A stretch of 64,000 nt of DNA, taken from assembly GCA_963843145.1 (NCBI GenBank), contig CAWJJC010000011.1, positions 1 through 64,000 on the forward strand. The letters are read 5' to 3'. This document shows positions 20,430 to 29,947 of the stretch, piece by piece. A program made the position numbers and the translations under genes. How positions within the stretch are numbered: the stretch's first letter is position 1; the number at the start of each line of letters is the position of its first letter. The stretch is from an uncultured delta proteobacterium (lineage in GTDB: Bacteria; Desulfobacterota; RBG-13-43-22). Under the pieces are notes generated by a model. The model was not told the origin of the DNA. It saw nothing but the letters and a program-made list of their open reading frames with translations, and searched no databases.

Positions 20430-21455
20430 GTGAAGGAACGCGACCTAAAAATACTCTGGGGACGATCAGGGAACCGTTGCGCCCTCTGCAAGATCGAACT
20501 AACGCCGAGCGGAGACCGTGAGACTTTAGGAGAGATGGCGCACATTGTCGGTAGACGGGCGGACGGCCCACGCGGTATCGAAGACCTGCCAGCCGAGGAA
20601 AGGGATACGTACTCGAACCTAATTCTCCTTTGCCCAACACACCATCGGGAGATCGATAAGAACGAGGCCGACTGGTCATCCGTCAAGATAAGGCTAGTGA
20701 AGGTCGAACACGAGCAGTGGGTTTCGAGCATGCTCGCACGCTCCGAGATTGCAGTCGCAGAGATCGACAACTCGGACTTCTTGAATTCCCGCATACGATT
20801 CTGGATTGACTTCTGCGATGGCGGGATAGGCATAAGCGTCTCACTCACTCCATTACGAATCGGATCTGACGTTGTAAATGTCCTAGACGAATTGGGCCAA
20901 CACACTCTGGAGTCCGCACGAGTCGCTGGGCACGGATACCAAGGTGCACTAAACTCCTACAAGACAAGGCCTTCCGAGCACGGTATCTGCAATGAGCGTC
21001 GTAGTGAGCCCGGCGGGCTAGATGGTTACTCCTTCCACTTATTCAACTCTGGGCACTGTGAAGTCATCTATGCGCTCAATTCAGAATCTGCACGACTTGC
21101 TGAACAGTGCGAAGGGCGCGTCGGCGACTACCACGGCGCAACCAAACTGATAAGGTACACAGATCTCGCGAAGCGCATCATTGCCAGTATTGCTTGGACT
21201 AGGCAAGTGTGGCAGCACTTTCTGCCCTTTCGCTATATGGATTTCCGGATCCATGTGCTCTCAGCTCTGAGGCTAACCATCTTCTCTTATGAGGATGATT
21301 GGCGAGTCGGTGTTTTCGGTTACCCTTTGACCAGTGATTCCCTTATATTCAAAGAGGTCTATGAGAAGAATGAATTCAACGCGCAGGTTGAGACAGAGGT
21401 TCTCAGGTGGGTTGCAAGGTCATTCGGGCTCCAGGCTGTTGACCATTTACGATGA
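20430..21455 (+). CDS. HNH endonuclease domain fused to an unrecognised C-terminal domain
   Basis: LWGRSGNRCALC..GEMAHI..GPRG..NLILLCPTHHREIDK. Confidence 0.88.
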   Translation: MKERDLKILWGRSGNRCALCKIELTPSGDRETLGEMAHIVGRRADGPRGIEDLPAEERDTYSNLILLCPTHHREIDKNEADWSSVKIRLVKVEHEQWVSSMLARSEIAVAEIDNSDFLNSRIRFWIDFCDGGIGISVSLTPLRIGSDVVNVLDELGQHTLESARVAGHGYQGALNSYKTRPSEHGICNERRSEPGGLDGYSFHLFNSGHCEVIYALNSESARLAEQCEGRVGDYHGATKLIRYTDLAKRIIASIAWTRQVWQHFLPFRYMDFRIHVLSALRLTIFSYEDDWRVGVFGYPLTSDSLIFKEVYEKNEFNAQVETEVLRWVARSFGLQAVDHLR

Positions 21456-21700
21456 GGGAGGGCGGCTCGTCCGTCCATTCCCGTTCCGGTGATGCCAACT
21501 AATAAATGGATCGAATTGGTAGGCAAAAGAGTCAATCCCCTTACAAGAGGAAGAGTAAGGGTAGCGCCAATTTCGCCTACAGCTCATCCCTGGCGTTGGC
21601 AACTCCTCGGCGACACCATGCGTTGTTGCCCCAGTCGGTCCCTGTCTCGGTCGGCTTCGTCTTTGGCGACGCAAACTAGGCCATAGAACCCGTTAGTACT

Positions 21701-21759
21701 GGGTTGCATGGTCCTTCGACCCAGCAACCAACGTGCCACGGGTCAATTCCGCATTATGT
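21701..21759 (+). mobile_element. Decayed attC-like right half, copy 3
   Basis: GGTTGC..GCAACC hairpin, then CGTGCCACGGGTCAATTCCGC-ATTATGT; complementary ACATAAC at 22505 at the end of the next gene. Confidence 0.65.
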
Positions 21760-21776
21760 GACCAGGGAATATAAGA

Positions 21777-22517
21777 ATGGACGATGATAATCTGAAAAAG
21801 AAGATCAATGAGTTGGCCGATGAGTCCAGCGTCATAATAGCAAATCCAGGGGACATAGAAAAACTTAAGAAGCAAGGATTACCATTTCGCGTCGTACCCT
21901 CTCAGACTATTGCCGATCTTTTTCAAGAGCGTCTGAAAACCGCAGTGGATGTTGTTGCACAATTGCCCGCTCTACCGGATAGCCTACCCCCAGCTATTAA
22001 ATCCCTTTATCAAGAGATACGGGAATGTATCTTTTTCGGCCTTAATGGAGCTGCTATCACTCTCTCTGGGAATCTTATTGAATTCACTCTTAAACATGCA
22101 ACATATGTCAAAGAAGTCGGCGGCTACCAAGAATACGATCCGGAGAAGTGGGATCAATTTGAAAAGATTGAATTCGGCGATGCTATAGGGCGCGCGAAAA
22201 GATCGGGCTTGTTAAGGTCCAAAATAGCAAAACAGCTTCAATCATTTCGTGAGGATATTCGGAACCCTTACAGCCATTACAACATAAAGAAGATCACTGA
22301 AGACGTAATTGCCGGGAGGGTCAAAAGGATCAATTTGGCAACGGGAGAGGTCGAGGAAATGGACATACCAGCAAAAGACAGCCCGATGATACAAGCCCAA
22401 GTTAAGCCGTGGGTAGACGGACAAAGGGTACTTGCTGTTTTCCATTTCGCTGATGGGATAGTGAAGTACTTGATTGCAATGCTAGAAGAGTATCTGAAAA
22501 GCACACATAACGAATAA
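21777..22517 (+). CDS. Putative HEPN-domain protein (DUF4145-like)
   Basis: YQEIRECIFFGLNGAAITLSGNLIE helix and Rx4H motif RNPYSH. Confidence 0.7.
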   Translation: MDDDNLKKKINELADESSVIIANPGDIEKLKKQGLPFRVVPSQTIADLFQERLKTAVDVVAQLPALPDSLPPAIKSLYQEIRECIFFGLNGAAITLSGNLIEFTLKHATYVKEVGGYQEYDPEKWDQFEKIEFGDAIGRAKRSGLLRSKIAKQLQSFREDIRNPYSHYNIKKITEDVIAGRVKRINLATGEVEEMDIPAKDSPMIQAQVKPWVDGQRVLAVFHFADGIVKYLIAMLEEYLKSTHNE

Positions 22518-22587
22518 GTGCACCAGACTCCGAAATGGGGTCGGGCCGGCATTGAGTCATGAGAATGAAGGGTCGGACCCAATGCCG

Positions 22588-22790
22588 TTAACTTAACAGA
22601 AAGAGCCTGTTTTTACTATCTTTAATGGTTTCGGGTTCCAGGGGTAACGGTTGTGGGACAGGGTATTTACGAGGACGTCCCCGGCGGCGCTTTTCCAAGC
22701 CCCGACTTTTCCTGCGATATTCCTGTCGATCCCGAGTGAACTTACGGCCCGGTTTTACAGACACGCGGTGCCGGGCACAGAACTTTATGA
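22588..22790 (-). pseudogene. Probable RAYT/Y1 transposase C-terminal remnant
   Basis: Basic tail LEKRRRGRPRK typical of RAYT C-termini; no intact ORF. Confidence 0.4.
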
Positions 22791-22953
22791 AGACTTCCCA
22801 AAGAGGCCAGAGCAGCTTTTCCGAGGTGGCGAACAATAATCTTAGAAAAAAACGGGTTTCGGGAAGCTCCCGAGCAAAACTGATCTGGCCAATGGAAACA
22901 TATCAGATGAGGTGTGAACCAGGATATTAACCCGATCAACGGCGTCACATACA

Positions 22954-23298
22954 GTGGCAAATTCAGATAAGGAGATAAACGTGAGATTTATTTTACTATC
23001 CCGGCACACGGGCGGCAGTGAAATCCCAGAGACTGAAGTCGCCCAAAATCTTAAAGACATGAGCGAATGGGTTTCTTTGCTTAAGGCGTCGGTAGTTATG
23101 CCAATTAGAGGCGGGAAAACTGTCACAACTGAGAAGGTCGAAGAGTATGTCGGAGATCTTGGCGGACTGCTCATTTTTGAAGCCGACAGTCTTGATCAAG
23201 CGGTAGCGTTGGCCAGGAAGTCGCCAGGCCTGAAATATGGATTTACACACGAGGTCTTCCCGGAGATTTCCCTGGAGGAGGCGGCTGGGAGAAAATGA
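22954..23298 (+). CDS. YCII/DGPF-like dimeric alpha-beta barrel protein
   Basis: LGGLLIFEADSLDQAVALARKSP..EV; followed by GTCTAAC (R''-like) near 23345. Confidence 0.75.
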   Translation: MANSDKEINVRFILLSRHTGGSEIPETEVAQNLKDMSEWVSLLKASVVMPIRGGKTVTTEKVEEYVGDLGGLLIFEADSLDQAVALARKSPGLKYGFTHEVFPEISLEEAAGRK

Positions 23299-23450
23299 GA
23301 AGCGCAGTATATCCAAGGAGATGTTCGCCGGAAGAAGCGAATCGGGGTCTAACCAAACAAGCCCATTGAATTTAACTTAATCATGTTGAATCCTGGATGC
23401 GTTTGAAGACTTATTAAGGGTATCATAATTGTCTGTACATACCACCGACC

Positions 23451-23534
23451 GTCATCCCCGAGTGTCTTTGTCGGGGATCCAGAATCGTACCAGACCGAGG
23501 CTGGATTCCCGCCCAGAAGCGCTGCGGGAATGAC
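23451..23534. repeat. GTCAT..ATCCA / TGGATT..ATGAC paired-hairpin (REP-like) element, copy 1
   Basis: GTCATCCCCG..CGGGGATCCAG-spacer-CTGGATTCCCGC..GCGGGAATGAC; near-identical arms at 57071. Confidence 0.85.
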
Positions 23535-23628
23535 GATAAGGGAACCTGGAGATAGCCGATTCTATTATGCGACCTTTAATAAAATGCCCTTATTACCCTC
23601 GAAAAGAGGTTTCTAAGCAGACAAACCC

Positions 23629-23830
23629 ATGCCCAGGGCCAATCGGCATTTCATCTCCGGTCAGATCTGGCACATCACCCACCGCGGCCACAAGAGGAGA
23701 TTATTACTTTCCGGGCTTTTCGCTGGACGGAAAGCCTGGCGGTGGGTGGAGAGGCCTTTTAAAAGAAATTCAGGAGGCTTTAAGGGTATGGGCCAGCGGC
23801 CGTTCAGTCGTCTCGGCCGAGGAAAATTAT
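23629..23830 (+). pseudogene. RAYT-like transposase reduced to N-terminus plus a C-terminal piece
   Basis: MPRANRHFISGQIWHITHRGHKR N-terminus; 23770-23817 matches 26790-26836 at DNA level. Confidence 0.65.
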
Positions 23831-23832
23831 GA

Positions 23833-24390
23833 ATGGCGAATGACGATCGCACCAAGATAATTCCCAGAGGAACGCCGGAATCAGCGGCCATGTCGGCAAA
23901 CGTCAAACGAGCGCTGGCGATCACCGCCCGCCTCAACCGTTTGACGTACAACGATGCGGACGAAGTCCGCGCCTTGTTCAGCGAGCTCATCGGCAGGAAG
24001 GTGGACGACAGCTTTCTATTGATTCCACCATTCTACACTACTGGCGGGCCCGAAATCCGTGTTGGGCGTAATGTTTTCGTAAATCAGAACTGCACTTTTT
24101 ATGATCTTGGCGGCCTCGACATTGCCGATGATGTGATGATCGGCCCGAACGTGAGCATCATCACGTCCGGCCATCCCATTGAACCTTCTCAGCGGCGCGC
24201 CTTTGTAGTCGCCAAGCCCATTGTGATTGAAAGAAACGTCTGGATCGCAGTCGGCGCAACGATCATCGGCGGAGTGACGGTCGGCGAGAACTCTGTTGTG
24301 GCGGCAGGCTCCGTAGTCACCAAAGACGTTCCCCCGAATACTCTTGTCGGAGGAAATCCGGCGAGAATCATTCGCTTGATTGGAGACTGA
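23833..24390 (+). CDS. Sugar O-acetyltransferase (maltose/galactoside, left-handed beta-helix)
   Basis: PPFY, VFVNQNC, IGPNV, GHP, VWI..GATI..GVTVG, VGGNPAR. Confidence 0.92.
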   Translation: MANDDRTKIIPRGTPESAAMSANVKRALAITARLNRLTYNDADEVRALFSELIGRKVDDSFLLIPPFYTTGGPEIRVGRNVFVNQNCTFYDLGGLDIADDVMIGPNVSIITSGHPIEPSQRRAFVVAKPIVIERNVWIAVGATIIGGVTVGENSVVAAGSVVTKDVPPNTLVGGNPARIIRLIGD

Positions 24391-24403
24391 GGAAAGGAAC
24401 GCC

Positions 24404-24475
24404 ACCCAGCATTGCACTGCAACTGACCGCCAACCCGCTTCGCGGCTTGTCGGCGGCTGGGTTTAGGCCTTGGGC
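24404..24475 (+). mobile_element. Full-length attC-like site with mutated core sites
   Basis: ACCCAGC..CTGCAACTGACCGCC AACCCG CTTCG CGGCTTG TCGGCGGCTG..CTTGGGC; resembles the GCCCAAC..GTTGGGC attC layout. Confidence 0.7.
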
Positions 24476-24501
24476 CCTGGAAGTACAGAGAGGAGAGCAC
24501 G

Positions 24502-24846
24502 ATGAGCAACGAACAGGTGGCACCTGAGACGAAAGGGGTTACGGTGAAGTTACTGGCCACGGTTGACCTTGGCCCTGAGATCGAGGGCCTGGCCGGGCGC
24601 CAACTTCGAATGCGGATGGTGACCATCGAGCCTGGAGGCGTCTTCGGCCCGGTTCACGACCATAAAGGCAGACCGGGCACCGTCTACATACTGCAAGGAA
24701 CGATCACGGACCATCGAAATGGAATCGCGACCGACTATGGACCGGGAGTGGGCTGGCCCGAGGATAGGAACACCACTCACTGGCTTGAGAACAGAGGAAC
24801 GATTCCGGCAGTGGAGATCTCGGTCGATATAGTCAGGCAAGAGTAA
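24502..24846 (+). CDS. Cupin domain protein
   Basis: IEPGG..HDH..PG.VYILQG..HWLENRG; GAGGAG RBS. Confidence 0.9.
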   Translation: MSNEQVAPETKGVTVKLLATVDLGPEIEGLAGRQLRMRMVTIEPGGVFGPVHDHKGRPGTVYILQGTITDHRNGIATDYGPGVGWPEDRNTTHWLENRGTIPAVEISVDIVRQE

Positions 24847-24929
24847 ACCTCAACGTTGCCTAAAAAACAGGGCGGAAAATAAATAGAGTTAATATCCATT
24901 GGAATAAAATGTCTTCCCGGATTCCCCCA

Positions 24930-25340
24930 TTTCCCGGATGCCTTCCCCGTTATCCGAAATTCTGAGGGCAACGTATTCGCCTTCTGCCAGGACGTCATAA
25001 TTACTGGTGGGTTGATCGATATAGCGATTTGAAGTGGAAATGGTGAGTTGTCCCACGCCCTTCATCGCCTCCATGGCATTGTATAACAAATTCATAATAG
25101 CCTTTGAAAGATGGATTTGCGAACCATGGACATCAAAAAGGTCCGGTTGCAGATCTGTTTCAATCCGCGTGTCGGGATAATCGGCGACAAGTTTCGGGAA
25201 CTCGGGGGATTCCAAAATGCCTGACAAGACCTGGTTCAAATTGAGTATTTGAGTAGAAAAAACGTCTCTTCTGGCCAGAGTCAGCAAGTCCTGAACGACC
25301 GCCGCCGCCCTTTCACCGGATTTCTGTATGGTAATGGTAT
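24930..25340 (-). pseudogene. Sensor histidine kinase fragment (HisKA end to partial HATPase)
   Basis: SGERAAAVVQDLLTLARR, NLLYNAMEAM, ISDNGEGI; lacks H-box and the rest of the ATPase domain. Confidence 0.85.
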
Positions 25341-25659
25341 TTGATATTAACCCCATGGGGAAAAAATCAACAACGGCCTTCCCTGCCATTTTACCCAGAA
25401 AAGCGAGAAACGAACTATGAAGGATCCAATATAGAATCCCCAGCCGGAATCCCAATAACCATCCGGCAATGAGAGGAAAAATACTGAAAATGTGGAAGAA
25501 TGATGCTGTCTTCTACAAAAAATATAGTGAAAGTGGTTTTAAAGATCAAGAAGAATCCTGTAACGGATGTTGTGGATGGAAGCCCACGGACGGAAAAAAG
25601 AGATAAGGTGAGAAATCATTCCGTCCCTTTGGCCCTTGGATCTGGGTAGAATAGGTCCT

Positions 25660-25800
25660 TTTGAAGTCGATCCCCTGACCTGTCCCCCATGCCGGGAGCC
25701 AATGCAAATTATCGGTATTATCGAGGACCAGGAACCTGTCGAGAGCCTCCAGGTCGAACGAGAGTCCCTGATCCTCTAACGCCCCAAGGACCACCGGCTG
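25660..25800 (+). mobile_element. C-terminal remnant of an IS91-family (Y2) transposase
   Basis: FEVDPLTCPPCREPMQIIGIIEDQE resembles the EVDPLxCPxCxxxMRIIAFIED tail. Confidence 0.65.
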
Positions 25801-25922
25801 ACCTCCGCAAGCAACCAATACGCCGCCTATATTTCATTTGACGAAAATCCGTCTTTCTGGTCCAATAAATCCAGTCGCACCCTATCGCGGGGGGAGTCCA
25901 TTCTCAACGGGGGGAAACCATT

Positions 25923-26621
25923 TTGCACTACTTTCCGATCGCTTTGCCTTTTCTCTTTTTCTTTGCCTTCCTTTTCATCATTTTAATCACCATGCTGGAG
26001 GTCGGCATTCTCCGGTATGCCTACGAGCGGATGGGGATTGGACAAAGACATATGTTCGCCCTGCTGTTTCTCTCCTTTATGGGGAGTTACCTGAACATCC
26101 CTCTCTTTCAACTGCCGCCCCACCAGGTGCGTTCCGGAGAGGTGATCACCTCTTTTGGCATGACCTATATCGTGCCATTTGTCAGAGACTGGCCGGGAAC
26201 GGTCGTGGCGGTCAACGTGGGCGGGGCGGTCATTCCTGCCTTACTCTCCCTTTACCTATACCTGAAGAACCGGCTGTACTTCCGTGGATTGGCCGGGGTG
26301 GCCGTCGTCGCTTTTGTTGTTCATTTGATCGCCCATCCGGTCCCAGGCCTCGGGATTGTAGTTCCAACCCTCCTCCCCTCTCTGATCGCCACGCCGGTGG
26401 CTCTGATCCTGTCGCCGCGGCATGCGCCTCCCCTGGCCTATATCGTCGGCAGCCTCGGAACACTGATCGGAGCGGATCTCCTCAACCTCGGCAAAATCCA
26501 GGGCCTGGGGGCCCCGGTGGCCTCCATCGGCGGGGCCGGGACCTTTGACGGCATCTTCCTCAGCGGGATCCTTTCCGTTTTGCTGGCTAGCCTGCTGATC
26601 CGAAAAAAAAGGATTCTCTAA
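25923..26621 (+). CDS. DUF1614 membrane protein
   Basis: GSYLNIP, AVNVGGAVIP, PVPGLGI, GTLIGADLLNL, SIGGAGTFDGIFLSG. Confidence 0.9.
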   Translation: MHYFPIALPFLFFFAFLFIILITMLEVGILRYAYERMGIGQRHMFALLFLSFMGSYLNIPLFQLPPHQVRSGEVITSFGMTYIVPFVRDWPGTVVAVNVGGAVIPALLSLYLYLKNRLYFRGLAGVAVVAFVVHLIAHPVPGLGIVVPTLLPSLIATPVALILSPRHAPPLAYIVGSLGTLIGADLLNLGKIQGLGAPVASIGGAGTFDGIFLSGILSVLLASLLIRKKRIL

Positions 26622-26639
26622 CCGATTAAACCCTTTCAT

Positions 26640-26739
26640 CCTTGTCCGGGGGACGATCGCAGACGCCTTCTTCGATCATCAGGGCCGCTTCGTTGATGCC
26701 CAGGGCCAGGAGGGTGTCGACAATCTCTTGGGGTTCCAT
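26640..26739 (-). pseudogene. Fragment of 3-hydroxyacyl-CoA dehydrogenase/FadB C-terminal domain
   Basis: Minus strand reads MEPQEIVDTLLALGINEAALMIEEGVCDRPPD. Confidence 0.6.
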
Positions 26740-26754
26740 TTTCCGGGAAACGAT

Positions 26755-26955
26755 CAGTGGGGAATAGGGGTCGGACCATCCGAACCGTTTCAGGAGGCCT
26801 TAGGGGTAAAGGCCGGCGGCCGTTCAGTCATCTCGGATGGTGAACAGCAGCAGCTCCGGGATCTTCAACAGCCTTACAACGTCAATTTTGCCCCCGAAAA
26901 GGGCCGTTTAAGGCAAAATATTGGCCTCGAATGGGACGTTTATCCCGAAACTTAA
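26755..26955 (+). pseudogene. C-terminal remnant of the RAYT-like transposase type seen at 23629
   Basis: QEALGVKAGGRSVIS..QLRD..Y..NF; DNA match to 23770-23817. Confidence 0.5.
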
Positions 26956-27011
26956 TTAGCGGCGTTTCTTCTTACTATATAACCAACAACCATGGGAATT
27001 TCCCTTCCTTC

Positions 27012-27275
27012 TCAGGAGGACAATCCGAGACCGCGGCTGATGATCAGTTTCATAATTTCGCTGGTCCCGGCAAAGATGGACAGGCAACGCACATCCCGAT
27101 AGATTTTGCAGACGCGGTATTCTTCCATATAGCCGTAGCCTCCATGGATCTGGACCGCCTGGTAGGCAATGCGGTTCACCATTTCACCGAGCCAGTATTT
27201 GGCCATGGATATGATCGCGGACCAGGCTGTCTAGAAAAGTGCGCCCCAGTTGGACCTCGGTGGCCATATCCGCCA
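27012..27275 (-). pseudogene. Acyl-CoA dehydrogenase C-terminal fragment
   Basis: MAKYWLGEMVNRIAYQAVQIHGGYGYMEEY..IFAGTSEIMKLII; ADMATEV just upstream; close paralogue of 51567-52718. Confidence 0.9.
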
Positions 27276-27533
27276 GCCGAAAGGCGTTATATTGGAAATT
27301 ACCGAATTCCGAGACCCCCTCCCCTACCGGCCCCACGTCAGCGGGATTCCCCCCCACTAATCGTTCGATCCTTACCAGTATACGCGAACGTGTACGAAAA
27401 TCGGCCAGGCCGTCCAGCCAGTTAACGAAGGCTTCAGTCTTGCGAATCTCAGTTCTAGTTTATGATTGTAGCCCCCCGGCTACATTTTGGCAAGCTATAC
27501 GCGATGCCGTTCGATTCACCGCGGCAGGCTCCG

Positions 27534-29531
27534 TCAAGGCGTAACGATCGAGAAGTTCCAATCAGGATCATCGAGCAGCGAGAACAGGGAGACCAGCTTC
27601 AGTCGATCTCCTTTGATATGCAGATCGTCGGAGAAAACCAGATCCTTTATCGAGGCCTGCTTGGTTACAAGTTTGATCCAGAAGGAGCGGGTCAGGGTTA
27701 CGGTGACATCGGCCTGCGGGTCCGCCGCCGTTTCTTTGTAGTGGAGGACGGAGTTTTCGATATGCACGACCATCGTCGCGCCTACGTCCTTAAAAACGAA
27801 ATTAGCGGTCAGCTTCTTGCCGTCCGCCTTGGGTCCATCCAACCGGGTTGCCATCGCGGCAAAGAACTGGTCGAGGGGCAAGCTGCGCAAGACGCCGGCG
27901 GCGGCATCCAGCGTCGTCGTTCCGCTGACTCCGTGGCGCAGCTCCTGCGCTCCGGTGAGATAGACGTCGCGCCAGGGTCCGGACTCTGCGAGATAGCCGA
28001 GCTGATCATAGGTCCGAGCCAACAAGTCTTTGGCGGCGTCGTTTCCGGGAGCGGAGAACACGACGTGGTTGAGCAACGTAGCCGCCCAACGGTAGTCGCC
28101 CTGGTCGTAGGCTTCACCCGCCCTGGTAATGACGGCGCCGGCTCCGCCCATGGCCTCGACATAGCGCCGACCCTCATCTTCCGGCGGTAGCGGGTCGAGG
28201 TTCGCCGGGTTGCCGTCGAACCAGCCGAAGTAGAACTGGTAAACGGCGCGCGCGTTGTGTTTGGCCGTCCCGTAGTAGCCACGGTTGGGGAAGGATCGCC
28301 GGAGGCTTTCGGGGAGTACCATGTTTTCGGCGATCTCGCCCGGCGTCATACCTCTTGACGCCAGGCGCAACGTTTGGTCGTGCAGGTAGCGGTAGGTATC
28401 CCGATGTTTTTTCAGGTAGTCGATCACTCGTTCCGCGCCCCACACCGGCCAGTGATGACTGTTGAAAACGACCTCGGCCTGGCCGCCAAACAGGTCTAGG
28501 GCCTCGTCGATGTACCCGCTCCAAAGCAGAGCGTCGCGCACCTTGGCCCCTCGAAGGGTGTAGAGGTTGTGCATGTTCTGCGACACGATTTCGGCTCCGC
28601 AGAAACTCTTAAACTGCGGCAGGAAGAATGTGAACTCCGTCGGGGCTTCGGAATGCGGCACGTACTGAAAGACGAACTCGACGCCGTCGATTTCCATCTT
28701 CTGTCCGGTATGATCAACGATTTCGGTGGGTGCGAAAATGGATACGTCACTGACCGCCGGTCCCTTCCCCAGGCCCGTATCGACGTGGCCGCGGTCGGTC
28801 CGGCTCAGACCGGTGCCGTACATGTAGCGTGCTCGGCGCCCCATGACAACGCCGCCGAGGACGTTCTCACTGACCGCCTCAGCCATGAAATCCTTGGGTG
28901 CGATGAGTCGGACCTTGCCGGATCGAATGTCTTCCTCGCTGGTGACGCCCTTGATGCCGCCCCAATGATCGATATGACTGTGGGTGAAGATGACCGCTGC
29001 CAGCGACCGTTCACCAAGGGAACGATTGACGAGGGCCAGCGCACGCTCGGCAGTCTCGGAGGCGGTGAGCGGGTCGACGAGGATACGGCCGCTTTGCCCC
29101 TCGATGATGCTCAGGTTCGCCAGGTCGTAGCCGCGAACCTGATAGATGCGGTCTGTCACTTTGAAGAGGCCGTTGATATTATTGAGCTTGGCCTGGCGCC
29201 ACAGGCTCGGGTTCACACTGGGCGGCGCATCGCCGGTGACGAAGTCGTAGGACGGACGATCCCAGATCACTCGACCGGCACCGGTCTTCGTCACCAGGGG
29301 ATCGTCCGTCGTCATAAACCCTCGATGCGCGTCGTCGAACTCCGACCTGTCGTCTAGGGGGAGTTCCGCACCCATCGCCGCATTGGCGTTCGCCGTCAGG
29401 TCACTTGCCCGGGCATGCCCGTCTCCATCTGCATCGGGGCCGAAATTCCTGGCTTCCGGGCTTTTTTTGAGGTACGACGCCAGTGCCGTCAAACCGCTCA
29501 CGAGCCTGGTCCCGAATGAAGGTGGCCGCAT
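27534..29531 (-). CDS. Alkyl/aryl sulfatase, SdsA1/BDS1 family (MBL + dimerisation + SCP2 domains)
   Basis: VNPSLWRQA, YQVRGYD, THSHIDHWGG, HNLYTLRGAKVRD, SHHWP, YLHDQT, RGYYG. Confidence 0.93.
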   Translation of the reverse strand: MRPPSFGTRLVSGLTALASYLKKSPEARNFGPDADGDGHARASDLTANANAAMGAELPLDDRSEFDDAHRGFMTTDDPLVTKTGAGRVIWDRPSYDFVTGDAPPSVNPSLWRQAKLNNINGLFKVTDRIYQVRGYDLANLSIIEGQSGRILVDPLTASETAERALALVNRSLGERSLAAVIFTHSHIDHWGGIKGVTSEEDIRSGKVRLIAPKDFMAEAVSENVLGGVVMGRRARYMYGTGLSRTDRGHVDTGLGKGPAVSDVSIFAPTEIVDHTGQKMEIDGVEFVFQYVPHSEAPTEFTFFLPQFKSFCGAEIVSQNMHNLYTLRGAKVRDALLWSGYIDEALDLFGGQAEVVFNSHHWPVWGAERVIDYLKKHRDTYRYLHDQTLRLASRGMTPGEIAENMVLPESLRRSFPNRGYYGTAKHNARAVYQFYFGWFDGNPANLDPLPPEDEGRRYVEAMGGAGAVITRAGEAYDQGDYRWAATLLNHVVFSAPGNDAAKDLLARTYDQLGYLAESGPWRDVYLTGAQELRHGVSGTTTLDAAAGVLRSLPLDQFFAAMATRLDGPKADGKKLTANFVFKDVGATMVVHIENSVLHYKETAADPQADVTVTLTRSFWIKLVTKQASIKDLVFSDDLHIKGDRLKLVSLFSLLDDPDWNFSIVTP

Positions 29532-29564
29532 AAACTTCCTCTTTGTCTTTCAAGTCTATCGAAA

Positions 29565-29758
29565 GGGGTTATCCCGGTAGATCTAAGTAATTGCTTCGAG
29601 AAACTGGCGGCGTCCCGTAGGGGTAAAAAGGACTTTCAAGGTTTTTAACTCTCATGGGTTATGAAGACAGGCTCTCCGGACAACGAAACGCCTCTAACCA
29701 CATCACTGGCGTTTTGCCTGAGATCTGAAATTGGTATGATTTTTGGAGTACTTGGCAT
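29565..29758 (-). pseudogene. Phd/YefM antitoxin plus RelE/ParE toxin remnant
   Basis: Minus strand: GGGAGG RBS, MPSTPKIIPISDLRQNAS..EPVFIT, then MKVLFTPTGRRQFLEAIT*IYRDNP. Confidence 0.7.
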
Positions 29759-29947
29759 TGGCTGTGCCTCCCATGACGTTCTTAATAGTACCACCAAATA
29801 ATTATATCTTCAAGAGTTCGGCCTCGTTCTCCATAGGGATTTCATCTGGCAAAGGAAGCCAAAAGCCCTCTTGACTTTTGAAACCTCTCCAATTTCCAGG
29901 CGGCAGGTTTATTCATTTTCCCCCGGGACAGTTTCCTCGCTCGGCAA

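Noticed and set aside
20430-21455. CBASS system suggested by the Cap5-like HNH domain
   Set aside because: No CD-NTase nearby and no SAVED domain recognised; the MNTs at 12.2-13.3 kb are minimal TA-type proteins
29730-29770. Sigma54 promoter-like TGGCAT-N5-GTGC
   Set aside because: Imperfect match that coincides with the start codon and RBS of the minus-strand Phd remnant and points at no gene
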